A DNA stretch of 60,419 bases, the filler included. It is 7 parts of 7 records of this genome, joined end to end, with 100 filler letters (N's around TTAATTAATTAA, not from the genome) between each part and the next. Parts side by side here need not be neighbours in the genome. Positions count along the whole stretch, not along the records: positions 24,731 to 33,833 come from SRR31147125_18632; positions 33,934 to 44,998 come from SRR31147125_18679; 5 more parts are not named here. The stretch is one strand, 5' to 3'. Position numbers and translations under genes: made by a program. The number at the start of each line of letters is the position of its first letter. Position 1 is the stretch's first letter. The notes beneath the pieces were generated by a model. It was given only the letters and a program-made list of their open reading frames with translations. It was not told the DNA's origin and did no database searches. This document shows, piece by piece, positions 31,157 through 41,358 of the stretch.

Positions 31157-32647
31157 ATGAGCAACAAAATAACCATAACCCTGCAGCCACTGGGTAATAC
31201 AATTGAAGTAAAAAAAGGAACGCCATTAATTGATGTTTTAAATGAATATGGCGTTGAATTTCCGTGTGGAGGAAAAGGGACTTGCGGAGCATGCAAAGTT
31301 AAATTATTAGAAGGCAAACTTCCGGTTAATGATGCTCAAAAAGAAAAGTTAAAGAGTTTACAACTGGAAGATGGCTGGCGTTTAGCTTGCATGTGCCAGG
31401 CCGAATCTGATATTACGCTTGAAATTTCGCAATTCGAAAATATTATCCTTGCCGATAACTCAACATACAAATTCGCTCCGCTTTCGGGTTACGGTATTGC
31501 GGTAGATTTAGGCACAACAACAGTGGTTGTTCAGTTGGTAAATCTCGAAAACGGAAAAATTATCGATTCTGTTTCTGATGTAAATCCACAAACAAAATAT
31601 GGTGGCGACCTGATTGCTCGTATCCAGGTTTGCTTAGATGGGAAGGAAGAGGAAATACGAAATCTTATCCGCGAAAAAATTGGGACAATGATTCGGGAAA
31701 TACTACAAAAACACCCGGTAAAAGTTGAAAAGGTAGCACTGGTTGGAAATACGGCCATGCATCATATTTTCTGCGGATTAGATGTGCAACCGCTGTCATT
31801 CTATCCTTTCGAATCGCCGGTTTTGGGGATTCAAACTTTTTCACCCGAAGAACTAAACTGGGAACTTCCGGCTAACACACAAATAAAATTCCATGCATCG
31901 ATTGGGAGTTTTGTAGGCAGCGATATTTTAGCAGGAATTGCGGCCACTCAAATGACTGAGCAGGAAAATTATTCCATTTTAATCGACCTTGGAACAAACG
32001 GCGAAATTGTAATTGGCAACAAACACAAAATAATCTGTGCATCGACTGCTGCCGGTCCCGCCTTTGAAGGAGCAAAAATTAACCAGGGAATGCGTGCTAC
32101 CACCGGGGCAATTTCATCTGTTCGATTTGAAAATGGAAAAATGAAGAGCCATGTTATTGGAAAAGTAAAAGCGAAAGGAATTTGCGGAAGTGGACTGATT
32201 GACATTATGGCGATTCTACTTGAGCAACAGCAAATTGGGATGTTCGGAGAGATTAATTCGGGCGAAGAAGAAATTCCTTTATCAAAAAAGGTTTCGCTTA
32301 CGCAACAAGATATTCGTGAATTTCAGCTGGCAAAAGCGGCAATTGCTGCGGGAATTCAAATTTTGCTCAATCAGCTTGGCATAACTTTTAATGAAATTGA
32401 AAAAGTTTTTATTGCCAGTGGTTTTGGTAATTTTCTGAATATTAAAAATGTAATTAGAACCGGGCTAATTGAATGCGAAGAAGAAAAGATTAACAAATTC
32501 GGAAACACCGCTTTAATTGGTGCCAAAATGTTTTTATTCGAAAACGGGGCACTTATTAAAAACATTCTGGACAAAACGGAACATGTAAATCTAGAAGGAG
32601 ACGCTTCGTTTCAGGATGTTTATGTGGAGAAAATGTTGTTGATGTAG
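31157..32647 (+). CDS. [2Fe-2S]-ASKHA (DUF4445/RACo-type) reductive activator of corrinoid proteins
   Basis: CGGKGTCGAC...RLAC ferredoxin; AVDLGTTT, FVGSD, IDLGTNGE, STAAGPAFEG, GICGSG, QLAKAAI. Confidence 0.9.
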   Translation: MSNKITITLQPLGNTIEVKKGTPLIDVLNEYGVEFPCGGKGTCGACKVKLLEGKLPVNDAQKEKLKSLQLEDGWRLACMCQAESDITLEISQFENIILADNSTYKFAPLSGYGIAVDLGTTTVVVQLVNLENGKIIDSVSDVNPQTKYGGDLIARIQVCLDGKEEEIRNLIREKIGTMIREILQKHPVKVEKVALVGNTAMHHIFCGLDVQPLSFYPFESPVLGIQTFSPEELNWELPANTQIKFHASIGSFVGSDILAGIAATQMTEQENYSILIDLGTNGEIVIGNKHKIICASTAAGPAFEGAKINQGMRATTGAISSVRFENGKMKSHVIGKVKAKGICGSGLIDIMAILLEQQQIGMFGEINSGEEEIPLSKKVSLTQQDIREFQLAKAAIAAGIQILLNQLGITFNEIEKVFIASGFGNFLNIKNVIRTGLIECEEEKINKFGNTALIGAKMFLFENGALIKNILDKTEHVNLEGDASFQDVYVEKMLLM

Positions 32648-32653
32648 TTTATC

Positions 32654-32734
32654 GTCATTTCGAACGAAGTGAAAAATCTGATTCAACCTTCTTCTCTGTT
32701 ACAGATTTTTCAGTAGTGCCTCCTTCGAAATGAC
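32654..32734. repeat. Palindromic intergenic repeat (GTCATTTCGA-type)
   Basis: GTCATTTCGAA/TTCGAAATGAC outer and TGAAAAATCTG/CAGATTTTTCA inner arms between convergent genes. Confidence 0.7.
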
Positions 32735-32742
32735 AATCCAAA

Positions 32743-33762
32743 TTACTTCACCAATTCCTTAGTAGAAAGCAAACCACAAGCGGCATAAATATCTTCTCCG
32801 CGCGATGCACGAACAGTTGTAAGAATACCTTTTTTATTCAGTTCGTCTTTAAAATGCTGAATTGTTTTTTCATTCGGACTCTTCAATGGCGTTCCCGGAA
32901 CAGCGTGAAAACGAATCAGATTTATACGGCAATCCAGTCCTTTCAGCAAACGTGTCAGTTCTTTTACATGTGCGGATGTGTCATTTAATCCTTCAAATAA
33001 AATATACTCGAACGAAACACGGCGTTGACGGCCAAAATCCCAGCTTTTAATTTCTTGTACAACCTCCGAAATTGGATAAGCCACTTCGGCCGGCATTATT
33101 TTCTGGCGTTCTTCGTGAAACGGAGTGTGAAGACTCACAGCTAAATGCGCTTCACTTTTTTCGAGAAACGTTAACATTCCCGGAATAATTCCGATTGTTG
33201 AAACTGTAATCCGGCGCGGACTCATAGCAAAACCCCATTCCGAAGTAAGAATTTCGAGGCTCTTCAACACTTCATCCAGATTATCGAAAGGCTCGCCCAT
33301 TCCCATGTAAACAATGTTGGTAATCTCTTCAACCTCATCGATACTTTTTAGTTGATTAAGAATTTCGCCGGCAGAAATATGCCCCTGAAAACCTTGCTTG
33401 GCAGTAAAACAAAACAGGCAGCCCATTTTGCACCCCACTTGCGAACTAACACAAACTGTTTTTCGTTCGCGCTCGGGAATCATTGCAGTTTCAATAAATT
33501 TATCTTGAATAGTTGGGAAGAGATATTTTTTTGTACCATCCACACTGGCCTGTACTTTTGTATAAACTGTTAGTCCAAATTCGAAGCGTTCGTTCAACAA
33601 CTCCCGGGCTTTTTTCGAAAGGTTTGTCATTTCATCAATCGACGAAATTTGCTTTTTATACAGCCAGTCGGTAATTTGTTTCGCCGTGAATTTGGGCAAG
33701 CCCAGCTCTTTTACCAATTCCTGCAACTCTGCCAATGTTTTTCCGAATAACCTCTCCTTCAT
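32743..33762 (-). CDS. rlmN: 23S rRNA m2A2503 / tRNA methyltransferase RlmN
   Basis: CVSSQVGCKMGCLFC radical SAM motif, MGMGEP, LAVSLH, AACGLL. Confidence 0.96.
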   Translation of the reverse strand: MKERLFGKTLAELQELVKELGLPKFTAKQITDWLYKKQISSIDEMTNLSKKARELLNERFEFGLTVYTKVQASVDGTKKYLFPTIQDKFIETAMIPERERKTVCVSSQVGCKMGCLFCFTAKQGFQGHISAGEILNQLKSIDEVEEITNIVYMGMGEPFDNLDEVLKSLEILTSEWGFAMSPRRITVSTIGIIPGMLTFLEKSEAHLAVSLHTPFHEERQKIMPAEVAYPISEVVQEIKSWDFGRQRRVSFEYILFEGLNDTSAHVKELTRLLKGLDCRINLIRFHAVPGTPLKSPNEKTIQHFKDELNKKGILTTVRASRGEDIYAACGLLSTKELVK

Positions 33763-33833
33763 TTCATTTCAATTTGCTGCAAAGATAATCTTTCTATCTC
33801 ATTGGTCACAAACTGATTTTTATCCTATCCAGG

Positions 33834-33933
33834 NNNNNNNNNNNNNNNNNNNNNNNNNNNNNNNNNNNNNNNNNNNNTTAATTAATTAANNNNNNNNNNN
33901 NNNNNNNNNNNNNNNNNNNNNNNNNNNNNNNNN
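33834..33933. other. Artificial contig spacer
   Basis: N44-TTAATTAATTAA-N44. Confidence 0.98.
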
Positions 33934-35386
33934 GGGCCAGCAGATTGGTCTGCTCGGAAATATCGGAAATCACCCCGGTCATCCGAATAATCTCGCCGGT
34001 GGCATCGTTGAGCAGACCGATTTTTTCCGAGGCCTGCCTGGACCGGGTCACGGCCTTACCGGTGACGGCCCGGCTCTGTTCGGAGTTCCCGGCAATCCGG
34101 GAGATAGAAGTATTCAGTTCCCCTGCAGCTTCAGACACCGTGGAAATATTGATCGAGGCCTGCTCTGCGGAAGCAGCCACCGAATTCATGACCATGGTCA
34201 CACTATCAGCTTCCCCGGTGAGGGTATCCACCTGGCCGGCCACCCCCTTGGCCCCGTCTTTCACTGTGGTCGAAAGCATGGACAGGCTTTCGGAAAAATC
34301 ACTCACCAACAGCACACTGCCTTTGAGTTCCCGGACCAATTGTTCCAGTTTTTCAATAAAGGCGTTGAACCACAGGGACAGATCCCCGATTTCATCCTTT
34401 GAGAGGATCTCCAAGCGCTGGGTCAGATCCCCTTCCCCCTGGGCAATGTCCTTGAGTTCCCTGCGGATGGCATCCAAAGGCGTGACCACAAATTTCTGGA
34501 TCAGGGCGAAAATCCCCACTCCCAGCACGAGAATGGAGGCCAGGCCGATGACCATGAGCAGGGACCGCAACTTTCTTGCCGGCTGCATCAACTCCCGGGA
34601 ACTGACGGTCAGGGCCAGGGTCCACCCCGTGCTTTTGGAGTGGGAGAAGCCCACCAGCCATTCCCGGCCGTCTTCCCGATAGGATGTAAACCCGTTTTTT
34701 TCCCCGAGAATGGTTTTCCCGTAATCTGTGGTGGAGATATCCAGGGCCATCTGTTTGCCGGCATCCGGATGATAGATGGCCAGCCCCTTGTCTGAGACCA
34801 GATACCCGTATCCGGTGGCTCCGGCCGTCAGGGGCTTGATGAACTTATCTCCCAGCGCCCTAAGCCGGACCTGGCCCAGCATCACCCCGGCCACTTTTTC
34901 ATTCATCTTAACAGGCACGCTGATGAAGAACACCGGGGTGCCGGCGTGGGTTTTTTCCACGGAAGATATTGTAATCTGCCCTGCCATGGCGGATTTAAAA
35001 AAAGAGGTGGCTGAGACATCCGGTCCCTGGGCATCTTTGCTCCCAGCAATGACCAGGCCCTGGGCATCGGCAAGCAGCAGGCCCTCAAAATAGGGACGGT
35101 CCTTTGCATAGGCCTTGAAAAAAGCGGTGGCCTTTGACCGAAGCCCCTTATACCGGGTCGCCTTCTGAACATCCTTGTACTCGGCCAGTTTTCCTGTCTC
35201 AGCCAAAAGCGCGTCAATCTGGTCCCCGAGCCGGGCCCCTGCCGAGGCCACTGTGTCCTGGAGCTGGGCCTCGGACAGGTGAAAGATGGTCTCTTTTACC
35301 GAAGTATAGGAGATCAGGGTTGAAATGATACTGCTCACGGCAATTAAGACAACGGTGGGAAGAAGTATCTTGGTCTTTAAATTCAT
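33934..35386 (-). CDS. Methyl-accepting chemotaxis protein (dCache-HAMP-MCP), 3' truncated
   Basis: Two TM helices, Cache-like GYGYLV..IYHPD, GEGDLTQRL HAMP, ISEQTNLLA. Confidence 0.93.
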
Positions 35387-35487
35387 TGATTCAGGGCTCC
35401 TGTGTGCATTGGGCCTTCTGGGCAGACAGCCCGAGGGGGGATAGTCTCAAATTAAAACAAAAAGTTAACCAGATCCCCCAAAAAATG

Positions 35488-36618
35488 TCAATCCTCACAG
35501 GGAACAAAGTGCAGGGTTTTTTTGATACAGCAGTCCTTGTCAAACAGGACCTGATCCCCCAGTTTATCCGCCTGATCAAAATCCATTCCGGCCTGGTCGG
35601 TATTTCCCAGCTTTTCATAGACCTGGCCCCTGTGGCGAAAGGCTTTTCCATGGTCTGGATTCTGGAGGATGGCATTGTTAAAATCCATCAGGGCCATCTG
35701 ATAATTCCCCTTGGAAAAATGGGTCATGCCCCGCTCAAAATAGGCGGCACCACCGTCACACACCGTATCAATGACAGGATAGGCCTTTCCCCGGGATCCA
35801 CCCTTTTTGGCCCTGGGTTTGGGCCTGGCAACCCTGGCCAGATCAATCCGGTAGATACGCTCAAAGGTCAGACCCGCCTCAATATCGGCGGCAGAGTTCT
35901 CACAATCCCCCTGCCGTGCCCTGACCAATGCCCTGCGTATATAGGCCTCCTTTAGGTCCGGGTCCAACTCAAGGGCCCGGTCAAAATGGATAATGGCCTG
36001 GTCCGGCTTTCCCATCCTCAGCCAGGTCAGCCCCCAGCCGCTGAAGCTTGGGGCATGGTCCGGATCTGCCGCCCCCGCCTTTTCAAAGGCCGCGGCCGCA
36101 TCCTTAGCCCGTCCGGTTTCCACATAGGCCAGGCCGGCGTTATAAAAACTTAAGGGATCTTTGGCGTCCACATCCCCGGCCTTTTGATAAAAGGTCTGGG
36201 ACAGGTCCATCTGTCCGTGCATCGCCGCGATATTGCCCCGGTTGACCAGGGCCGGTGCATAGGCGGCAGACAGGGAAAGGGCCTTGTTAAAATCCTTTAA
36301 GGCCAGATCCGGTTCCCCCATTTTAGCGCAGGACGCCCCCCGGCCGTTGTAAGCCGCCGGATGATTTCTGTCCAGGGAGACGGCCCGGTCAAAGTTTCTG
36401 AAGGCGGACAGATAGCGGCCCTGGTGAAAATAGACATAGCCCCGATTGCAATACAGGCCGGCAGACCTGGGATTTTTTTCAATGGCCTCAGACAATGCCG
36501 TTAACGCGGCATCATAATCCATCTGACCCATGTATGTTTCTACCTTGTCAAAGGTGTCAGCCCATACTGACCCGGTAAAAAAAAGAACAGCCAAAATAGT
36601 CGCAATAGATCGTGTCAT
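35488..36618 (-). CDS. Tetratricopeptide-repeat exported protein
   Basis: Signal peptide from ATG 36618; repeated AYNGRG/ALVNRG/AI..F..AL.L.P TPR motifs. Confidence 0.88.
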   Translation of the reverse strand: MTRSIATILAVLFFTGSVWADTFDKVETYMGQMDYDAALTALSEAIEKNPRSAGLYCNRGYVYFHQGRYLSAFRNFDRAVSLDRNHPAAYNGRGASCAKMGEPDLALKDFNKALSLSAAYAPALVNRGNIAAMHGQMDLSQTFYQKAGDVDAKDPLSFYNAGLAYVETGRAKDAAAAFEKAGAADPDHAPSFSGWGLTWLRMGKPDQAIIHFDRALELDPDLKEAYIRRALVRARQGDCENSAADIEAGLTFERIYRIDLARVARPKPRAKKGGSRGKAYPVIDTVCDGGAAYFERGMTHFSKGNYQMALMDFNNAILQNPDHGKAFRHRGQVYEKLGNTDQAGMDFDQADKLGDQVLFDKDCCIKKTLHFVPCED

Positions 36619-36753
36619 GATTTCCCCCTTATAGAATGCCTTGATTCCTGAACGGTTTGATCTTTTATTTAACAACCCCCGGGACCCAGGGCAAGGCAAT
36701 ATTTCCCCCGGGGGCCTTATAATTTTTCCTTTTTATTTTCCGCTCATCCCCCG

Positions 36754-36759
36754 TATAAT
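36754..36759 (+). promoter_or_regulatory. -10 box directly upstream of gpgP start (leaderless-type)
   Basis: TATAAT ends 6 nt before ATG 36766, with no Shine-Dalgarno. Confidence 0.55.
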
Positions 36760-36765
36760 ACCCGG

Positions 36766-37601
36766 ATGACAGACCCCAAAGCCCCTCCCATTGTTTTTAC
36801 CGATTTGGACGGCACCCTGCTGGACCATGATACCTATAGTTTCGCGCCGGCCCTGCCGGCCCTTGGGCGCCTGAAAAAAAAGGGATTCCCGTGATCCTCA
36901 ACTCCAGCAAAACCCCTTTTGAGATCCTGAGGCTCAGGAAAGCCTTGGACAATGTTCACCCCTTTATCGCGGAAAACGGCTCTGTGGTGGCCGTGCCTGA
37001 CCGGTATTTTTCAGGTCAGAGGCTTGGGGAGCTGGGCTTTGAAAAGGACCGGGATTTATGGGTCCGCTGCCCCGGCAGTGGCCGGCAGGAGATTCTGGAT
37101 ATCCTCAACCAACTCAAAACAGACAAGGGGGGTAACTTCCAGGGATTTGCCGACATGGACCTGGACCAATTGTCCCGGCTCACGGGCCTGCCCCGGGACC
37201 GGGCCGCCCAGGCAAAAAAACGCCTGGCAACGGAACCCATCTTATGGGAGGGCTCCTATGACCAATGGGAAACATTCTCAGCAGCCCTGGCCGACCATGG
37301 CCTGTCCTGGGTCCAGGGGGGCCGCTTTATCTGTGTGTCCCGGCCCTTTGACAAAAAAGACGGGGTAAATATTCTGCTGACCCTGTACGGGGAGTCAGGC
37401 CCCCGAATTGCCGTGGGCCTGGGGGACAGCCCCAATGACCTGGCCATGCTGGATGCCATGGACATTGCCGTGATTATCCGGTCCCCCCGGTCACAATCAA
37501 TGGATGTCCGCGATCCGTCCACCATCATCCGCACCACACAAAAAGGCCCGGACGGATGGCAGGAGGCCATGGACCAAATATTTGACTCTGGACTTATTTA
37601 A
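36766..37601 (+). CDS. gpgP: Glucosyl/mannosyl-3-phosphoglycerate phosphatase (HAD IIB), frameshift at A8 36874-36881
   Basis: MTDPKAPPIVFTDLDGTLLDHDTY (HAD motif I, upstream of the listed ORF), NSSKT, PFIAENG, QGGRF, GLGDSPNDLAML. Confidence 0.88.
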
Positions 37602-37619
37602 CCCAAGGAGACCCTTAAC

Positions 37620-38843
37620 GTGGGAGACTTTCACCAAAACGGTATTATCACCATATTTCACAATTTATCCCGGCAGCCGGCCAAGGCCCTGGATGATCAG
37701 CTTGAGACCTTTTCAAAGACCCGGCCCCTGGGCCTGGTCCTGCCCTCCCTGTTTTCCGAACTCCAGGGGGAGGCCTTGGAACAGATTGTCCTTAAACTCA
37801 AGGATGTGTCCTATCTCAACCAGATCGTCATCGGCCTGGACCGGGCGGACGAGGCCCAGTACAGGCACGCCTTAAAGTTTTTCTCCCGCCTGCCCCAGCA
37901 CCATAGAATTCTATGGAACGACGGGCCCAGACTTCGGGCCATTGACAAACAACTGGCCGACCTGTCCCTGGCCCCCACTGACCCGGGCAAGGGCAGGAAT
38001 GTCTGGTATTGCTTCGGCTATGTCATGGCCTCGGGGCGCGCCGAGGCCATTGCCCTCCACGACTGCGACATCCTCACCTATGACCGCTCCCTTCTGGCCC
38101 GGCTCATCTATCCTGTGGCCCATCCGGATTTCTCCTATAAATTCTGCAAGGGGTATTATGCCCGGTTCAACGAATCCAAGGTCAACGGCCGGGTCAGCCG
38201 ACTTCTGGTCTCCCCCCTGCTGGCCGCCATGAAGACCATCTTCGGCAGCGTTGAATCCCTGGATTATCTGGAGAGTTTCCGCTATCCCCTGGCCGGAGAA
38301 TTTTCCATGCGCACCGAGGTGCTCAATGACTTAAGAATGCCCACGGACTGGGGACTTGAGGTGGGCATCCTCTATGAGATGCAGCGCAACTACAGCTGCA
38401 ACCGCATCTGCCAGGTGGACATTGCAGATACCTACGACCACAAGCACCAGCCTTTGAGCCGCAGCGACGTGGAATCCGGCCTGTCCAAGATGAGCATTGA
38501 CATTGCCAAGGCCATTTTCAGGAAACTGGCCACGGAAGGGGCGGAATTTTCCATGGAGCGGTTCCGGACCATCAAGGCCACTTACTATAGAAAGGCCCTG
38601 GACTTTATTGAAATCTATTATAACGACGCCGTGATGAACGGCCTTAACCTGGATCGCCACCAGGAGGAACAGGCTGTGGAAATGTTTGCCCAGAATATTC
38701 TCACCGCAGGCCAGGTCTTTTTGGAAGAGCCCCACAAGACACCCTTTATCCCGGCGTGGAGCCGGGTGAAAAGCGCCCTGCCCGACATCATGGACCAAAT
38801 AAAAGACGCCGTGGAAAAAGACCATGAAGAATTTTCCGCCTGA
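37620..38843 (+). CDS. gpgS: Glucosyl-3-phosphoglycerate synthase-type glycosyltransferase
   Basis: DFHQNGII, GKGRNVW, ALHDCDI, FCKGYY, GRVSRLLV, YPLAGEF, DWGLEVG, YDHKHQ; context between phosphatase and phosphorylase. Confidence 0.85.
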   Translation: MGDFHQNGIITIFHNLSRQPAKALDDQLETFSKTRPLGLVLPSLFSELQGEALEQIVLKLKDVSYLNQIVIGLDRADEAQYRHALKFFSRLPQHHRILWNDGPRLRAIDKQLADLSLAPTDPGKGRNVWYCFGYVMASGRAEAIALHDCDILTYDRSLLARLIYPVAHPDFSYKFCKGYYARFNESKVNGRVSRLLVSPLLAAMKTIFGSVESLDYLESFRYPLAGEFSMRTEVLNDLRMPTDWGLEVGILYEMQRNYSCNRICQVDIADTYDHKHQPLSRSDVESGLSKMSIDIAKAIFRKLATEGAEFSMERFRTIKATYYRKALDFIEIYYNDAVMNGLNLDRHQEEQAVEMFAQNILTAGQVFLEEPHKTPFIPAWSRVKSALPDIMDQIKDAVEKDHEEFSA

Positions 38844-40589
38844 AAACACCCGGCCGCCAATGACAAACCACCACAGGATTTTCGCCCATTTTAAAACCAT
38901 TTATCCGGAAAGGGATACCCATACCCTGAAGGCCTTCACCACCCGGGCCCTGGACATGTTTTCCCGGGAATCCGATTCCCAACGCCCTTGCGCCGCTCCC
39001 TGGACGGAAAAGGACATGATCCTGATCACCTACGGCAACAGCATCACCCAGCCGGACAAAATGCCCCTGCACACCCTGAAAACCTTTTTGGACCAATACA
39101 TCGGCGACCTGTTCTCCATTGTCCACATCCTTCCTTTTTTCCCCTACTCCTCGGATGACGGGTTTGCGGTGATGGACTACAACAGGGTCAACCCCTCCCT
39201 GGGAAACTGGAAGGACATTGAAAAATTGGCCACCCAATGGCGGCTCATGGCAGATCTTGTCATCAACCACACCTCTTCCAGGGCCTATTGGTTTGAAAAT
39301 TTTAAAAAAGGAGAGCATCCGGGAAAAGACTATTATGTCACGGCCGATCCCTGTGAGGATCTGTCCTGCGTCATCCGCCCGAGGACCAGTCCCCTGCTCC
39401 GGGAAGTCCATACCCCACAGGGTCCCCGCCATGTCTGGTGCACCTTCAGCCACGACCAGGTGGACCTGGACTTTAAAAACCCTGAGGTTCTTTTTGAATT
39501 TTTATCCATCCTTAGGTTTTACCTGGACAAAGGCATCCGGATCTTCCGCCTGGATGCCGTGGCCTTTCTCTGGAAGGAGCTGTGTACCACCTGTCTTCAC
39601 CTGGACCAGACCCACGAAATCATCAAGCTGTTCCGCACCCTCATGGCAGAACACTTTCCCGACGCCCTGATCATCACCGAGACCAATGTGCCCAGTCTGG
39701 AAAATATCTCCTATCTCGGGCAGGGGGATGAGGCCCATGTGATCTATAATTTCCCGTTGCCCCCTTTTCTGGTCAACACCATGATCACCGGGGACAGCTG
39801 CCTGCTGGTCTCCTGGCTTATGGAACTGCCCCCCTGGCACCGGGCACCACCTGCCTGAACTTCATCGCCTCCCACGACGGCATTGGCCTGCGCCCGGTGG
39901 AAGGCTATTTTAAAGAGGCTCAGATGGCAGACCTGCTCTCCTGCATGAAGGCCTTTGGCGGCCGGATCTCCACCCGGGCCCTCAACGACCAAGAGGCCAA
40001 CCCCTACGAGATCAATATCAGCCTGTGGGACGCCATGAAAGGCACCATTGCCCGGGGACCGGACCATCCCCAACTGGACCGGTTCATCTGCGCCCATGCG
40101 GTCATGCTCTGTCTGAAAGGCATTCCCGCCCTTTATATCCACAGTGTCCTGGGCACAAAAAATGATGAGGAACGACGGGACAACCTAAGATCCAACCGGG
40201 CCGTGAACCGCCATATCTGGGAGTTTGAGGATCTCAAGGCCGCCCTGGGCCATGACAACGGACACCATAAAAAGGTATTCAAGCGCCTGACAGCCCTCAT
40301 GGCCCTTCGAAGGGCCCAACCCGCCTTTCATCCCGAGGCGGACCAGGTGATCCACGATCTGGGCCGGGATATCGTGGCTGTGGAACGCCGGGCTGTTAGC
40401 GGGGAGGGGCAGACCCTGTTCTGCCTTCACAATATCACGCCAGGAAAGATAAGGGTCTGCCTGCCCGAACCCTTTTACACAAAAAACGGGACAGACCTGG
40501 TCACCGGTGAATTTTTTTTTACTACCGGGCCGGTTACCCTCCCGGCATACGGCTATCTGTGGCTTTCCTTTGGGCAGAACGCCTTATGA
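38824..40589 (+). CDS. GH13_18 sugar phosphorylase, probably glucosylglycerate phosphorylase; frameshift at C6 39829-39834
   Basis: LITYG, HILPFFPYSSDDGF, RLDAVAFLWK, ITETNVP; the restored frame gives NFIASHDGIGLRP; PYEINI. Confidence 0.88.
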
Positions 40590-40614
40590 TATTACCAGGG
40601 CATCACAATTCACC

Positions 40615-41358
40615 ATGACTGCCGATTACGCTTTTACCGCCAAAATATACGATCCACTGCTTTATTTTGCCCTCCGGCATATCCGGCAGGATATTATCCG
40701 GCTGATTCCCAATCGGACTCTGGGCATTCTGGACTTATGCTGCGGCACCGGGGATCAGTTAAAAAAAATGGCCCAGGCCGGTTTCACCCATTTAACCGGT
40801 GTGGACCACTCTGCCCATATGCTGAAACAGGCCCGGAAAGGGAACACCATGGCCAGGCTCATCAAAGGTGATGCCCAGGACACAGGCCTGCCCGGATCCA
40901 GTTTCGATGTTATTATTATCTGCCTGGCCATCCACGAAAAATCCCCATCTGTCCAGGACAGGATGCTGGATGAAGCCAACCGCCTGTTGGCCCCCGGCGG
41001 ACACCTTATTATTGCAGATTTTTCTCTGGATACCCGGGCCACCCCCATGGGAAAAATCGGCGTCACCCTGGTTGAAGGCCTGGCCGGGGGCGAGCACTAC
41101 CGCAATTTCAAATCCTATGTCAACAAAGGCGGCCTGCCCCGGCTCATTCAGAACCGCTTTTGCATCCACCGGCAGATCCGGCACGCCTGGGGCGCAGTCA
41201 GCATCTGGGTCACCTCTCCGAGGATTCCTCCCCACAGGGAGACCAGGCCCGGTAGCAGTTCCGCCCGGCCTCCTTGGCCCAATACAGGGCCTGGTCTGCA
41301 TCGTGAAGAAGCCGGGTCTGCTCCTGACCTGAGCGGGACAGGCTTCCCCCCACACTGA
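40615..41358 (+). CDS. Class I SAM-dependent methyltransferase
   Basis: ILDLCCGTG, GVDHSAHML, FDVIII, LAPGGHLIIADF; the 3' end overlaps the convergent gene. Confidence 0.85.
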   Translation: MTADYAFTAKIYDPLLYFALRHIRQDIIRLIPNRTLGILDLCCGTGDQLKKMAQAGFTHLTGVDHSAHMLKQARKGNTMARLIKGDAQDTGLPGSSFDVIIICLAIHEKSPSVQDRMLDEANRLLAPGGHLIIADFSLDTRATPMGKIGVTLVEGLAGGEHYRNFKSYVNKGGLPRLIQNRFCIHRQIRHAWGAVSIWVTSPRIPPHRETRPGSSSARPPWPNTGPGLHREEAGSAPDLSGTGFPPH

